This document shows positions 38,079-47,632 of a stretch of 64,000 nt of DNA, in pieces. This DNA is from Candidatus Dojkabacteria bacterium (GTDB taxonomy: Bacteria > Patescibacteriota > Dojkabacteria > J137), in the NCBI GenBank assembly GCA_040006935.1, contig JBDTVZ010000001.1, forward strand, positions 231,772 through 295,771. Reading direction: 5' to 3'. Below the pieces are notes generated by a model. It worked only from the letters and a program-made list of their open reading frames with translations, had not been told where the DNA came from and ran no database searches. A program made the translations under genes and the position numbers. Within the stretch, counting starts at the first letter, position 1. Every line of letters begins with the position of its first letter.

Positions 38079-38239
38079 AAATGAGATTGCTCTGTAAATA
38101 AAATTAATACTTAACTTTATCTAAAGAGATGATATTATCTTTTGACATCATTTACAAAAAAATTTATTCCCCTTATAGTATTCGATATCTTGACTGATTA
38201 GGGAATGAAGGTGAGTGTTTTTGAAGGGAAAATGAAGAA

Positions 38240-38265
38240 CCGAGAAAGCTCGGAAGCTCTCTCGG
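38240..38265 (-). terminator. Hairpin downstream of 38285-38830
   Basis: CCGAGAAAGC...GCTCTCTCGG. Confidence 0.45.
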
Positions 38266-38284
38266 CAAATGTTAAATAAAATTA

Positions 38285-38830
38285 TTAGTAAAGGCCACCT
38301 TTTGGTCCACCCATTCCATAGCCCGGTCCCTTTGCAAAACCTGCATCTTTTTGTGCTTGAATAGTGCTCTGTACTTCCTCTAAAGTTGTATTTAAGCCTT
38401 TTGCATTTAAAGCATCTACTATTGATTGACCCATTCGAGTTCTCATTTCATTCATCTTTGCTTTTCTCTGAGTTTCTGTTAATCCGGATAAATCTGGCTT
38501 CTGATCAGTTTGATTAGCTTTCAATTCTGGCATTACATCAATCATTGCGATTAAGATATCTGCCTGCCTTTGAGTAAGTTTTCCAGCAGTTACTGCCTGC
38601 GCAATTTCTGTTTTTCGAGCAGCGTCTCTTTCTGCTTTTAGGTCGATGTGAACTGAACTCACTGCATCCTGAACTGTTGTTACGTCTAAACCTAATTTAG
38701 TTGCCAACCTTTGCACGAATTCTGTTGGAGTTCCAGTATCCGCTGCTGCGAAAACGAGCGATGGTGCAATTACACCAAGCGCTCCTATAGCAGCAATACC
38801 AAGGGCTCCCACCAATAGTTTCTTTTTCAT
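38285..38830 (-). CDS. Secreted helical protein
   Basis: Signal peptide ending VFA; GKLTQRQAD repeat-like motif; Gly-rich tail. Confidence 0.7.
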   Translation of the reverse strand: MKKKLLVGALGIAAIGALGVIAPSLVFAAADTGTPTEFVQRLATKLGLDVTTVQDAVSSVHIDLKAERDAARKTEIAQAVTAGKLTQRQADILIAMIDVMPELKANQTDQKPDLSGLTETQRKAKMNEMRTRMGQSIVDALNAKGLNTTLEEVQSTIQAQKDAGFAKGPGYGMGGPKGGLY

Positions 38831-39005
38831 ATATTTGTTTCTAAAAATTAAACCATCTAACTCATCTCGTCGACTAGATTCTTATTAGATCACTTTATAT
38901 TAAACCTGACTAATGAATTTGTTATGAACTTGTTAAGAAGATGGGAAGAAAATGCAAACAGGATTATGCTTCACGGAAAGAGGAGAGTTGCTGTATAATT
39001 AAAGT

Positions 39006-39620
39006 ATGAATATGGGAATTGTAGAACAATATACAGAAACATTAGATAAGAACTCATTAAGAGGTATTTTTCTTCCTGACGGAACAGAATTAGAAATTGA
39101 TTTTGAAAACCCAGAAATTAATCTCGTTCCTGGACAACCTATTATTATTGAATATGAAGATGGTAGGCAAATACAGTTAATGCTTCAAGAAGGGATGAAA
39201 TATGAACCAGAAAGATTTTTGAGCAATAATGTAGATGTCTTAGATTCTGTCGAGAGATATAAGGACTGGGTAGAAATGTTAAAAGAGAGGGAGGGGGTGG
39301 AAGAACTTACAACAAAGCAGAAGCAATTTCTTGCAAGCAGAGCTCTTATGAGCATAAGACAATCAGAGCTTAGGAGAGGGAGTGTTATTCAGATTTCGAA
39401 TTTAAATCCTTTAAATGGGAAAGTAACAACACAGGCCTCTGACCCGATACCAGGATTTTTACTGAATTTAGGTACATTAAGATGCAATGCTGTGGATATT
39501 AGCCAAGAGGGTGTTATAAAATCAGTAAAAATAGCAATTTCTCCAGACTATGGGATACCAATGGGATATGATTTTGACAGGTTAACTTCTCTTCCTTCCC
39601 TTATCGCTGCCACTAGTTGA
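39006..39620 (+). CDS. Hypothetical protein
   Basis: ORF with TATAAT 6 nt before ATG. Confidence 0.55.
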   Translation: MNMGIVEQYTETLDKNSLRGIFLPDGTELEIDFENPEINLVPGQPIIIEYEDGRQIQLMLQEGMKYEPERFLSNNVDVLDSVERYKDWVEMLKEREGVEELTTKQKQFLASRALMSIRQSELRRGSVIQISNLNPLNGKVTTQASDPIPGFLLNLGTLRCNAVDISQEGVIKSVKIAISPDYGIPMGYDFDRLTSLPSLIAATS

Positions 39621-39674
39621 TGACAAATGAAGTGATTTTTGATATAATATAGTATTATTTATTTACTGTATTAA

Positions 39675-40439
39675 ATGGCAGATTTAGCATTACTAGACAA
39701 CCAAAAGCCACTTTCTATTGTTGAGAAGTATAATAGAGTGAAGTTGATAGTTATCGGGAATTTAGGTGTAGACCATTCTGAGAAGATTATTGCTAGATTA
39801 CAAGAAAATATGTCTGACGATAGGCCTTTATCATCAAAATTATTAGATCTTTCTCCAGATTTTAGTAAAAAGATTCAAACTCTAGCGATAAGCATGGTTC
39901 ATAAAGTTATAGAATATCTTAAAAGCCACGAAGATCAATTATACGAAGAATCTCCTGACAGAGCATTTGTGAGATTAATAGAGACTATTCTGGGAAAAGA
40001 TGGTATTTCTTCTGCAACAAGCGGAATAGGCATAGATGAAAAAGGTTTACAGAACCACAAACCATTTATGGAAGATACATTACCATTTATTACAGAATCT
40101 CTAAATGATAATGAAATTAAGAGAATCTTAGGTGACTGGTCTCAAAATATCAATTTAAAAGAACTTCTAAGAATTTCCTTAGACGAAGAGATTGATGCTA
40201 CTTCTTATAAAGTTATATTTGAAAGCGTAATTGAAGAATACTGTATAAGAGCTGGGAAAAATATGCCAACCCCGAAACAAATAGATGACTTATTTCGGCT
40301 TTACATAGATTATCTGAGAGATCTGAGCAAAAGAACTTATATTGAGACTATGGATTATGTAGATGACTTGATTGCTAATATAATTACAACAGTAATTGGA
40401 TTTCAAATGATCCTAAGATCTATGGATATGAGTATGTAA
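39675..40439 (+). CDS. Hypothetical helical protein
   Basis: 254-aa ORF with upstream TGATATAAT. Confidence 0.55.
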   Translation: MADLALLDNQKPLSIVEKYNRVKLIVIGNLGVDHSEKIIARLQENMSDDRPLSSKLLDLSPDFSKKIQTLAISMVHKVIEYLKSHEDQLYEESPDRAFVRLIETILGKDGISSATSGIGIDEKGLQNHKPFMEDTLPFITESLNDNEIKRILGDWSQNINLKELLRISLDEEIDATSYKVIFESVIEEYCIRAGKNMPTPKQIDDLFRLYIDYLRDLSKRTYIETMDYVDDLIANIITTVIGFQMILRSMDMSM

Positions 40440-40456
40440 TAATTAGATTATTATCT

Positions 40457-40492
40457 AAGCGCCATTTGATTCCAATCAAATGGCGCTTTTTT
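40457..40492. terminator. Intrinsic terminator between convergent genes
   Basis: AAGCGCCATTTGATT-CC-AATCAAATGGCGCTT followed by a T-run. Confidence 0.8.
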
Positions 40493-40496
40493 ACGA

Positions 40497-41315
40497 TTAT
40501 TCTTTTCTTCCAAACTTCAAGTAGACCTCAAATAACTCAATCCACTCTTCAAATTTGATTTCAGTAGGTCTTTTATTCAAATTGATTCCGTTATTTCTAG
40601 AAATAATTACGAGCTGTTTGTATGTAAAGAAATTTTTTAAAGAATGCCTAATGTCTTGTTTCCAGCTTGTAAAACAGTATGTTAGAAATTTAAGATATTC
40701 AGCCTTTGAGTTTTTTGGAATAATTGGCGGTTCTCTTTTTTTAATATTGATTACGGAAACTTCAACACTTGGAATTGGATAAAAATCACTTTTATGCAAA
40801 TGCATAATTACCCTACTTTCAAACCACGGTTTATATCTCATTGAGAATAAATTTTCCGAATTCCTTGATCCAGTTAGTCTTAAAGCCGCTTCCCTTTGAA
40901 TAATTAATGTAATTTCTATTGGTGGATTTGGTGCTTCTAAAAGTTTTCTAAAAATTTCTGATGTTAGTGCAAAAGGAATATTTCCTACTACTTTGTAATT
41001 TTTATTGAGAGGAAGTTGAAATTTAAGGAAATCCTGATTTATAAACTCAATATTAGATTGCTCACTGAAACTTTCACTCAATTTAATGTGCAAATCTTTA
41101 TCTTTCTCTATTGCAAGGAGCTTCCCACAGTGGTTAATTATATGCTCTGTTAAGGCTCCTTTCCCAGGTCCAATTTCAATTACAACATCGGTCTTTTGAA
41201 AGTGACACAGGCGGACAATCTCTACCGCAAGTCTTCGCGTTTTTATAAAATTTTGTGAATATCTAATGTGATATGGATTAGTTCGTTGAATCCTCGAACG
41301 AGAAAATCTCTTCAT
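40497..41315 (-). CDS. erm: Erm-like 23S rRNA adenine-N6 methyltransferase (RrnaAD family)
   Basis: YSQNF, EIGPGKG, DFLKFQLP...YKVVGNIPF, DFYPIPSV: closer to the ErmC/ErmB pattern than to KsgA; attenuator-like leader. Confidence 0.75.
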   Translation of the reverse strand: MKRFSRSRIQRTNPYHIRYSQNFIKTRRLAVEIVRLCHFQKTDVVIEIGPGKGALTEHIINHCGKLLAIEKDKDLHIKLSESFSEQSNIEFINQDFLKFQLPLNKNYKVVGNIPFALTSEIFRKLLEAPNPPIEITLIIQREAALRLTGSRNSENLFSMRYKPWFESRVIMHLHKSDFYPIPSVEVSVINIKKREPPIIPKNSKAEYLKFLTYCFTSWKQDIRHSLKNFFTYKQLVIISRNNGINLNKRPTEIKFEEWIELFEVYLKFGRKE

Positions 41316-41437
41316 AATATATAAATAAAAAATATAGCCTTGACGGCAAAATAAGAAATTTTTTAGATCTCTTAAGCTATTTTTGATTTATATATTTACG
41401 TTCATTATGAAGTGGTAAGTTAGTTTTGATTATACCA
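41316..41437 (-). promoter_or_regulatory. erm leader: extended -10, uORF MNVNI (41405-41388) and start-sequestering hairpin
   Basis: TGGTATAAT; perfect 11-bp inverted repeat 41316-41326/41386-41396 plus inner stems. Confidence 0.6.
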
Positions 41438-41558
41438 TAGCAGAATAAGATCTGGAGTATTTTATTTGATACTCTGGCTTTGGAATATTAATCCATTGAA
41501 TTATTATATATAGATTGGTAATATACATTGTTTCTTATTAACCCTATGCTTTCTAAAT

Positions 41559-42719
41559 ATGTCCGACATAATCGAAAATAACTTACTCAAACCTTCCCAA
41601 GGACATCTAACATGGGGAAATGAGATTACCTTGGAACCTAATATTATCGAAGGAGCGGAGGAAAACAGTGTTTTAAAAATCCAACCAGAAGTTGTGAACA
41701 TTTTTGACGATGAAGGCTGTCTACTTACTTTGAAAATTATTTACCATCTATCGCCCTCAATAACTACCGCTGAAAAAATTGAGATTAATACTATAACTTT
41801 GGGAGATTTTGGTCAAAATGACCCTATTAGAATGTGGATGACTGCAAGCCTAACTTCATCTCTTCTGAGTACTCCTGAATATTTAAGAGTAAGGTTAATG
41901 CAAGCAAAAAATATATATGGTACTGACGCTAGAATCAAATTAGATACACTTTTATATAATTGCTTGAATACTATACATAATACTGACCTAAAAGGGAAAT
42001 ATTCAGTTGGGAACATTCATAATTCTGTGAAGTGGCAAAAACTTCCTCCGGAAATTGTAGATGAAGTACAAAGAAGAATTAATAATCATTTACCTATAAA
42101 TTATCAATATTTAAATTATTTACTTGAAACACTAAATGTTCCAGAATTAAGCGCATTACAGGAAGCAGAACTTATTAGTCAACGTGCAATGGATCAGATG
42201 AATAGAAGCACAGATCATAAGATCAAAGTGGCAACTGGTAGTTTGGCTAAATCTATACAAAGTATTTACAAATCACTTTTAGAATTACTTCCTAGTATTG
42301 AGTTTAGGATAAACGATAAGGGGCTGGTGCTACTAGCAGATATCGATTATTACATGGGGAATTTTATAATCAATTTCAATAATCACTTAATTAGTGATCA
42401 AGCTGTGATTAATTTCGGTGCTTCCATTGTAGATTTAATACAAGTTGTTTTGAAAAGAAGTAAATCTTATATCACAGCGTCCGAGCTATCGATTATGAAT
42501 GCAATTGTTAGCGAAGAAATAATTAAAAGACTTTATAATGTAATAAAAGAATTTGATCCGCTATTAATAACAATGACTTTGGGGGAATTCGCAAGTAGTA
42601 TATATGATTTAAGTTCCAATAATTCAGATACTAATTTAAAGGAAATGCTCACAAAATCGGATAATTCTGCTCCGAGAATAGCAAGTTTACTTAAAATGAA
42701 GAGAATGTTCGAACAATAG
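41559..42719 (+). CDS. Hypothetical protein
   Basis: 386-aa ORF with no recognisable motif. Confidence 0.55.
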   Translation: MSDIIENNLLKPSQGHLTWGNEITLEPNIIEGAEENSVLKIQPEVVNIFDDEGCLLTLKIIYHLSPSITTAEKIEINTITLGDFGQNDPIRMWMTASLTSSLLSTPEYLRVRLMQAKNIYGTDARIKLDTLLYNCLNTIHNTDLKGKYSVGNIHNSVKWQKLPPEIVDEVQRRINNHLPINYQYLNYLLETLNVPELSALQEAELISQRAMDQMNRSTDHKIKVATGSLAKSIQSIYKSLLELLPSIEFRINDKGLVLLADIDYYMGNFIINFNNHLISDQAVINFGASIVDLIQVVLKRSKSYITASELSIMNAIVSEEIIKRLYNVIKEFDPLLITMTLGEFASSIYDLSSNNSDTNLKEMLTKSDNSAPRIASLLKMKRMFEQ

Positions 42720-42722
42720 CAC

Positions 42723-42880
42723 TTGATTATTTAAAGGGTTCATATTACAATACCAGTATGGTATATTTAAATTCCTGCCAAAACTTCTTGATCGCTCGAA
42801 AATCCGGCATAGTTTGCTAGCCTAATTGCACGCCTACCTAACGGCAGGCAAGCCTATTTGGCTGCAGCAAACTTACTTTC
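42723..42880 (+). promoter_or_regulatory. ABC-F leader: sigma70 promoter, 20-aa uORF (42758-42820), attenuator-like hairpin
   Basis: TTGATT-17-TACAAT; MVYLNSCQNFLIARKSGIVC*; AGTTTGCT...AGCAAACT stem. Confidence 0.55.
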
Positions 42881-42894
42881 CTTACCTTAAATTT

Positions 42895-44331
42895 ATGATA
42901 CGAGCAAATAATCTTACAATTACATATGCAAAACTTATTTTTGGGAATCTCTCTTTTACCTTAGGTAACAACGAAAAGGTAGGTCTTGTAGGCCTTAATG
43001 GATCTGGAAAAACTACTTTATTACGAATTCTAATTGGTTTAGAGAAAGCAGATGTAGGTTCTGTAGAATTACAAAATGAAAAGATCTCATACTTACCACA
43101 AGAATATACTTTTGATGAGAGGCTTTTAGTTGGGGAATTTTTAGAAGAACTTCTAGATAATCCTAAAAATGAGATGTATATAGTGAACAGGATACTGGCA
43201 AAGCTACAATTTGATGTAGATATTTACCAAGAAATTAAAACATTAAGTGAAGGGCAAAAGATGAAGCTTTACTTAACTAAATTACTGACCGAAGAGCCTA
43301 CAATTTTGCTGCTCGACGAACCGACAAATCATCTAGATATAGATGGAATTATTTGGTTAGAAAGTTTTATAAAATGTTTCGAGGGGATTTGCATAATTAT
43401 TTCTCATGATAGAGAGTTTCTTAACAGCACAATCGATACAGTTTTCGAAATTGATGAGAATCAATTATTTGTATACAAAGGTAACTATGATGATTATTTA
43501 AAGCAAAAAGATGAATATTTAGAAAAAAGAAGTAACCAATACGTTTTACAAGAGAAGAAGAGAGAGAAGTTAGAGAACTTACTTCTTACAGCATATAAAA
43601 TTTCTAATGGGAGGAGACAATCAAAAGCTTTAAGCGCTGCCAGACATAGAATGGAAAGAGAAGTGACGCGAAATGAAATATCAACGTACAAGGAAGAAAA
43701 AATTGAAGGTTTAGATCTAAAAGGTTTTGTTCATAATAATAAATTTGTTTTAAAAATTCGAAACCTTAACTTTTCTTATAAAGATAAAATTATTTTCAAA
43801 AACGCAAATTTTGACATGTTTGGGAAAGAAAGAGTGTGGTTTTACGGTCATAATGGAATTGGGAAAACCACATTTGTAAAACTGATATTAAATATGCTCA
43901 AACCTGAAAGTGGCGAAATACGAATAGGTAACGCTTTAAGATATGTATACTTTTCGCAGGATCAATCACATTTGGACATGGAAGATACTGTTGAAAATTA
44001 TTTCATTACCCATACAGGAGTTTCATACGATAGTTCTTTTGGTGTTTTAGAAAAATTTTTATTTTCAAAGGATTTTAGAAAATCTAAGATAAAAACCTTA
44101 AGTCCAGGACAGAGAGCAAGGTTAACTTTTGCAGTTTTTTCTATGAAAGAGTACGATTTTATGATTTTAGACGAGCCAACTAATCATTTGGATATTAAAT
44201 CTAAAGAAGTAATTGAAGAAGCATTGCGTGATTTTCAAGGGGCAATATTACTAATTTCTCATGATCGATATTTTGTAGATTCTGTGGGTTACAATAGAAA
44301 AATTACAATAAAAGATAAGAAATTAATTTAA
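42895..44331 (+). CDS. ABC-F family ATPase (possible ribosome-protection type); start set at MIRANNL
   Basis: GLNGSGKT / LSEGQ / DEPTNHLD and GHNGIGKT / LSPGQ / DEPTNHLD; no TM segments. Confidence 0.88.
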   Translation: MIRANNLTITYAKLIFGNLSFTLGNNEKVGLVGLNGSGKTTLLRILIGLEKADVGSVELQNEKISYLPQEYTFDERLLVGEFLEELLDNPKNEMYIVNRILAKLQFDVDIYQEIKTLSEGQKMKLYLTKLLTEEPTILLLDEPTNHLDIDGIIWLESFIKCFEGICIIISHDREFLNSTIDTVFEIDENQLFVYKGNYDDYLKQKDEYLEKRSNQYVLQEKKREKLENLLLTAYKISNGRRQSKALSAARHRMEREVTRNEISTYKEEKIEGLDLKGFVHNNKFVLKIRNLNFSYKDKIIFKNANFDMFGKERVWFYGHNGIGKTTFVKLILNMLKPESGEIRIGNALRYVYFSQDQSHLDMEDTVENYFITHTGVSYDSSFGVLEKFLFSKDFRKSKIKTLSPGQRARLTFAVFSMKEYDFMILDEPTNHLDIKSKEVIEEALRDFQGAILLISHDRYFVDSVGYNRKITIKDKKLI

Positions 44332-44434
44332 ACAAGACTTTGATATCACTCCAGGTACAAGGTATATAAACGTTCACTGGTAATGATTCTCGATCGGGTG
44401 TATAGTTAGGTATCTTACTTTTTATCTTTTACAT

Positions 44435-44680
44435 ATGGGACTACTATTATCATTAATCGTAGGATTAATCGCAGGAGCTTTAGCTGGAAAGTTTATAGAA
44501 GGTAGAGGTTTCGGTTTGGTTGGAGACACAGTTGTAGGATTAGTCGGTGGATTAATCGGTGACGTTTTATTCGGATTACTAGGATTGGGAGCAAACGGAT
44601 CACTACTAGGAGAAGTTGTTGTCGCATTCATTGGTGCATGTGTTCTACTTGCAATAGTGAAAGCTTTCAAAGCTGCTTAA
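44435..44680 (+). CDS. GlsB/YeaQ/YmgE family stress membrane protein
   Basis: GLIAGALA...GFGLVGD..VGLVG...AFIGACVLL. Confidence 0.9.
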   Translation: MGLLLSLIVGLIAGALAGKFIEGRGFGLVGDTVVGLVGGLIGDVLFGLLGLGANGSLLGEVVVAFIGACVLLAIVKAFKAA

Positions 44681-44700
44681 TAGTATAAAAGAGCAATTTA

Positions 44701-44733
44701 AGAGTTCCGGGGATTATTCTTCGGAACTCTTTT
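44701..44733. terminator. Intrinsic terminator
   Basis: AGAGTTCCG...CGGAACTCT-TTT between convergent genes. Confidence 0.75.
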
Positions 44734-45270
44734 CTAATTTATATGATGTTCTTGATTTACCTTCACAATTAGATTATTAATCTCTTCCGAACTCATTACT
44801 ATAAGTCCAAGTTCTGTCGCGATCGATTCCATTGTATCCCTAACAATATCACCTCGTTCTTCCGGTTTAATTATTCTTTCAATTTCAAAGTGATATTTCC
44901 AATCCTCGCTATACTTTAGAGCAATTATTACATCTTTATAAAGATAATTTGTTCTCTTTTGATTGCTTCGCTGAACGTTTGTATACCCAAGCTCAGTAAA
45001 AATTCTTACAGTACCCTCAAAGTCCTCTGGATTTATCGGAATACTAAGCTCTTCTGCAAGCACCTCGGATGATAGTGCATTTTTATAAACGATCTTTGCA
45101 GTATTCTTGGATAAATATTTTGTAACTTTCAAGTTAATATTAGGAATAATAAAGAAAGCAACTTCTCGATCGTCAGGCCATTCTTTGGAACTTTCTTTAG
45201 ATAAGCGAGCTTTGACTTCATTAAATTTAATTTCTTCAAGTTGTCCTCTAAGTTCTAATTTAACGGCCAT
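44734..45270 (-). CDS. CYTH-domain (triphosphate tunnel) protein
   Basis: LELR N-terminal motif, ELGY, KRTNY, HFEIE. Confidence 0.7.
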   Translation of the reverse strand: MAVKLELRGQLEEIKFNEVKARLSKESSKEWPDDREVAFFIIPNINLKVTKYLSKNTAKIVYKNALSSEVLAEELSIPINPEDFEGTVRIFTELGYTNVQRSNQKRTNYLYKDVIIALKYSEDWKYHFEIERIIKPEERGDIVRDTMESIATELGLIVMSSEEINNLIVKVNQEHHIN

Positions 45271-45391
45271 GAGTATATTATTTAAAAACCATTACTCTAT
45301 TTTACATCAAATATTATTTAGATGTGAGTAGACTATGGGAATACAATTTGCGATTATATATATGCTTATTAAACTATCTTATAATAGATTT

Positions 45392-46015
45392 ATGAATAGA
45401 CTCAGTATCTCAACGATTTTTCTAATATTAGTTAACCTTTTTACCATTGGTGTTGCTATCTGGCAAAATTGGTCTGGAGGAGAGGTGGTTCTACTTTACT
45501 ATATTCAGAGTTTAGTGATAGGGTTTTTTCAATTTTTTAAAATTCTAGATTTACAGAATTTCACAACTGAAGGAGTTTTAGTAAATGGAAATCCTGCAGC
45601 AGCTACAAGTGCAACTAAATATTTCTTCGCTGGGTTTTTTGTTGTGCATTATGGAATGTTTCATTTAGTTTATTTATTCTTTTTATTTGCCTTTATAAAC
45701 ATAGGTTTATTTCAACTCCTATTTTCACCATATTTTTTAATCTCAGTTTTATTGATTGTTTCTAATCATGCAATATCTTTTATTACAAATAGAGAAGAAG
45801 ATAGAAAGCGAAGGGTAAATATTGGGAAAATATTTATATTACCCTACGCAAGGATACTACCCATGCATTTGATTATTATCTTAATGGGATTTTTTACTGT
45901 AAATAAATCTGGAAACATGAATTTATTAATAGCATTTATGGCATTGAAGACAATCGCCGATGTAATTACTCACAATATTGAACATAGCGTGCAGAAAGAT
46001 GAGATTAAAAGCTAA
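45392..46015 (+). CDS. DUF6498-like membrane protein (start set at MNRLSIST)
   Basis: FFVVHYGMFH, PYARILPMHL, KTIAD. Confidence 0.7.
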   Translation: MNRLSISTIFLILVNLFTIGVAIWQNWSGGEVVLLYYIQSLVIGFFQFFKILDLQNFTTEGVLVNGNPAAATSATKYFFAGFFVVHYGMFHLVYLFFLFAFINIGLFQLLFSPYFLISVLLIVSNHAISFITNREEDRKRRVNIGKIFILPYARILPMHLIIILMGFFTVNKSGNMNLLIAFMALKTIADVITHNIEHSVQKDEIKS

Positions 46016-46016
46016 G

Positions 46017-46814
46017 CTAACCTTCTAAAGCTTTCTTACTCTCTAAGGCTTGTATTAAGTCTTCATGTTCAAAAACTACTATTCCACCTCTATCAGAAAA
46101 TTCTTTTATAACTGGAATTAATGGTATTGTAATATCATCTTCAGCACCTAGTGCGCATGAGAAGCTGCGGAAATCGCCAAATTGAGTTTTCCCAGATAAA
46201 TGAATTATATCTTGACTAGGGTCTAATTGACTTATTAGAATTGTAATAAAATCATAAATTTCATTTATAGTTTCTTGTTCTATCTCTCCACCTTTTTTTC
46301 TTGGATACATTATTCTTCCAATATCAAATACAAAAGGAATATGATGAAGGGTAGCCATATGGAATGCTCTCATAACATGCTTTGGATCAAATACTTTTGT
46401 CTTGGAATTTTCGACACCAATGATTAGTCCTGGAATCTTGGGGATATCATTCATAAATAGAGGCTTCACAGCAACTCCGTTTACACCTTCAGGAACATGA
46501 ATTGTTTTAATTGGAATCTCGTCTTCATAATGTATTAGTCCAACTACTTTTAAATGTGGAGATTTAAGATTAACTATATTTTCAACTGCATTAATAATTC
46601 CTGGAGTTAGATCGTTTAAATTTGGGAGGTGAATAACAACACTCTCTAAGTCACTTTTGTTAATAGCTATGATCAAATCATTCAAGTATTCCACATCAAT
46701 ATATTTTTCATTGATATATAGTTGTATACTTTTAAAGTTATTCTCTTGAGCTATCTCAACTGTTCGAATTAGGTCAAAATCTGGTGCAGCTGAGCTTGCG
46801 AATGCAGAAGTCAT
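46017..46814 (-). CDS. AP-endonuclease-2/xylose-isomerase-like TIM barrel protein
   Basis: SIQLY, VIHLP, GVENS, FDIG, IHLS, VFEH metal-ligand-like pattern. Confidence 0.55.
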   Translation of the reverse strand: MTSAFASSAAPDFDLIRTVEIAQENNFKSIQLYINEKYIDVEYLNDLIIAINKSDLESVVIHLPNLNDLTPGIINAVENIVNLKSPHLKVVGLIHYEDEIPIKTIHVPEGVNGVAVKPLFMNDIPKIPGLIIGVENSKTKVFDPKHVMRAFHMATLHHIPFVFDIGRIMYPRKKGGEIEQETINEIYDFITILISQLDPSQDIIHLSGKTQFGDFRSFSCALGAEDDITIPLIPVIKEFSDRGGIVVFEHEDLIQALESKKALEG

Positions 46815-46914
46815 ATATTATTGGTATATAAATAGTATTACGGATTATAGTATTCTGAAGAATGATAGTCAATCTCTTAGATTGCTGTATAATTTATAAA
46901 TATTAAGAAATCAT

Positions 46915-47523
46915 ATGACAAACCATTTAGAAAAAATCGAAACTATAAAATTCCCTACAATCTACGGACAATTTAATCTCACAACTTACAGCACTGCATA
47001 TTCGAAACAACCAATTATGAAGTATGTAATTGTTTTAGAATCGAAAAAACAAAGCGATATTCCTTTAGTTCGTATACAATCCGCTTGTTTATTTGGCGAG
47101 ACTTTTAGAACAACCCAATGTGATTGTGGTACGCAGCTAGATATGAGTTTAAAATTATTATCTGAACAGGGTGGAATTTTATTTTATCTTGATCAAGAGG
47201 GTAGAGGACATGGAATTTTTAATAAAACTAGGGAATTGAAGTTACAGGAAGATGATTTGGATACTGTAGAGGCAAGTGAAAGACTTAATCTACAACCAGA
47301 CGAAAGAGATTACCAAGTAGTTATAGATATTCTCCACGAAATGAATATTAGAAAAATAAAATTAATTACAAATAATCCAAGAAAACTTATTGCATTTGAA
47401 TCAAGTGATATTGAATTGGTCGAAAGAGTTCCATTAGAAGTCGAAGTAACTATAGATAATTCAAAATATTTACATGCTAAAAAGCATAAGTTGGGACATT
47501 TATTAGGAAAGTATGTGAAGTAA
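46915..47523 (+). CDS. ribA: GTP cyclohydrolase II (stand-alone)
   Basis: VRIQSAC...CDCG, QEGRG, TNNPRK, YL-x-x-KK-x-KLGH. Confidence 0.92.
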   Translation: MTNHLEKIETIKFPTIYGQFNLTTYSTAYSKQPIMKYVIVLESKKQSDIPLVRIQSACLFGETFRTTQCDCGTQLDMSLKLLSEQGGILFYLDQEGRGHGIFNKTRELKLQEDDLDTVEASERLNLQPDERDYQVVIDILHEMNIRKIKLITNNPRKLIAFESSDIELVERVPLEVEVTIDNSKYLHAKKHKLGHLLGKYVK

Positions 47524-47632
47524 TTATTATCTGCTCATTCTCTTTATGTTTATAAATCAAAGGACATTGTCATCATTACTAATTGACATATCCTTCCTCA
47601 GATTATAAAATCCCCTGAATTAATTAATAACC

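Noticed and set aside
38127-38165. Third copy of the toxin-locus promoter module upstream of the giant gene (ATGTCAAAA plus a near-palindrome)
   Set aside because: Only the TGTCAAAA core matches; palindrome sequence and spacing differ
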